Below, in pieces: positions 54,808 through 56,464 of a stretch of 56,464 nucleotides of DNA. Both the position numbers and the translations under genes were made by a program. The stretch comes from Caecitellus pseudoparvulus (Eukaryota > Protista > Bigyra: Bicosoecida): contig CBFFRQ010000085.1 in assembly GCA_965644315.1 (NCBI GenBank), positions 1 through 56,464 of the forward strand. The letters are read 5' to 3'. The first letter of the stretch is position 1, and every line of letters starts with the position of its first letter. The notes beneath the pieces were generated by a model that did no database searches, was not told where the DNA came from, and worked only from the letters and a program-made list of their open reading frames with translations.

Positions 54808-56464
54808 ATGGTGAGTGTACCTTCCGTCTGGACGCGCGAATGCAGCTGACAAGGATTGAGGCAGTAGCTCAAGTGCTTGCCAGATAGCGGCACTTCAGCT
54901 GGCTTTGGACTTGTAGAACGTGCTCACGCCACAGGCAGCGGAAAGCGGGTGGAAAAGCTCATTGCTAATTGATTTCGATGATCTTCCGATTCTTGAATCA
55001 CCCCCGCGAGGAGAAGCACCGGAGCGCTGTGGGAGAGTGGTAGCTCTCCAAGGGCTTGCAGCGATTGGCCGAGGGGAGCAGCCTTCGCGCAACCCCCTCC
55101 CTGAAGGGGCTGAAGCGCGTTTGGAGGTGCTACTGAAAGATGCAGGGATAGCTTTGCTCTCCATGGCCAACAGGCTCAAGGAGCAAGAGCTTCGCGGTGA
55201 ACTGTGCGATGCGCTGCAGCATCTGTCATTCAGGTGCTTCTCTGCGATGGCATTGCAGCGCATAGTCGATGGCGGTAGCTCCAGCAGTGGAATCCCTGAA
55301 GAAGCGGTGATATGGGGCCCCATTGAGGGAGCGTGGGGAAGCGTTCGGGATGGAGGGCAGAGCGTGGAGGGTGCGCTGGGTGACTTGACACGCTGGTGGC
55401 TGGAGCACCAGAAGTCACCCGTGTCATCACACGCAACAGTCAGCCCCTTGCCTGAACACGCAGGGGAAGAAGACGCCTTCAACGCTGCGCGTGACTCTGT
55501 CGAGCAACAGGCTGCCTGGCTGAGCGAACCGGAGGCTGGCGAGTTGGGATGCAGCAAGGCTGGGGGTCACTTGAAGGAAGCGGCTGAAGCAGCAGCGGAG
55601 CTCCGAAAGGTGGTGGCTAGTACTGGCCACATTGGTGGTAAGAGGCTGGTGCCTGTGAATGGTCTAGACCTTCAGAAGGGCTTGGAGAGCTTCGATGCCA
55701 AGCATGCAAGTGTGTACCGCGCTCACGACTGCATCATTCAATCGTACCAGACAGAAGACGAAGACATCATCAGCTGGGCGCGAAATTTCATGGGTGGCGC
55801 TGTCTCCATGAACGCTTGTGTGCACGCTTCATTGTTGTCTGAGAAGGCTCGGCTATCAAGAGGCCTGACACGGCTGAGCCAGGCAGTACACAGCGTTTCT
55901 CTCGTGCACACCTGCAACGATATGAGAGCGGAAGACCCCCTGGGACCCATTTCAAGCATATCTCTGCAGCTTCAGTGTGAGCGAGCGTGGCCTTTAGCTG
56001 GGTTCATGGAGGACGAGGGCTGGTCCAGCGACTTGGGAGCCCTGCCTCGGCAGCAACTGTGTGTAGGCATTCTGAGCGTTTGCGCAGTGGCCGAGGCATG
56101 CGGTGTGGGCTTAGGGGAAGTGAGTGTGGAGAGCTTTGTCGTGGCCGGGGTGGGATCTGACAGTGTGGGCGAGCTGGCGGATGCACTACACGAAGGTAAG
56201 TGCCAGGTTCTGCTGGGAGCCTGCTCAAGCGCTTGGACTGAAACGACGCCCGCCAGGTGGAAGTCAGCACTGGTTGGGATCTTGCAGCAGGTTCTTGATG
56301 TCTCTGTTGGCAGCTCAGGTGCTGCGGGTGACGTTATTGCCTCTACTTGGGAGCGCGACCATGCCGAGTTTGCGACCGTTTTTGGCATCCTGGAGGCAGG
56401 GGGCAACACATGCTGCAGGGCAGCTTTCTCAGTGGCATCAGCCGCCATGGCCATGAGAAGTACT
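54808..56464 (+). CDS. Hypothetical protein, 3' end outside window; possible degenerate protein-kinase fold
   Basis: Probable ATG-only exon 54808-54810 (gccATG|GTGAGT), intron to 54934, then an open frame AAESGWKSSLLIDFDDLP... with no stop seen up to the window end. It is absent from the ORF track because it is unterminated. Confidence 0.6.

Noticed and set aside
1-56464. Prokaryotic systems, CRISPR arrays, endogenous virophage/Polinton or retrotransposon
   Set aside because: No regularly spaced DNA repeats, integrase/RT/capsid ORFs, terminal repeats or AT-rich island; the genes are spliced eukaryotic genes.

Overview
Gene-dense eukaryotic nuclear DNA (GC-rich, GT-AG introns mostly 60-160 nt). 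It comes from a flagellated protist, since it carries KAP3 and CFAP161; a heterotrophic stramenopile such as a Cafeteria-like bicosoecid is my inference only. I reconstructed 17 protein-coding genes, correcting the ORF track by hand-splicing 24 short introns. Genes with recognisable families: RPS15A, DCAF13/SOF1, PSMC2/RPT1, calnexin, PPIL2, a CFAP161-calcyphosin EF-hand fusion, RPA43, an ankyrin-IQ-WW protein, a 2OG-Fe(II) oxygenase, a USP32-like deubiquitinase and KIFAP3. Three giant secreted or surface proteins: (i) a >3200-aa signal peptide + 2xPSI + Gly/Ser-repeat protein that the ORF track misses because it runs off the left edge; (ii) an FN3/ALK-type Gly-rich/Kelch/P-domain mosaic; (iii) a 2691-aa RCC1-IPT-Cys-rich multi-TM receptor-like protein with bacterial-style RCC1 repeats. 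Three genes are unknowns, one of them a possible pseudokinase running off the right edge. The non-coding highlight is an exact motif, WGCGGAAATTG, found six times, always in promoters or first introns; two unrelated first introns begin with the same 16 nt. I saw no RNA genes, CRISPR arrays or mobile elements. All assignments come from reading the sequence; no searches were run.
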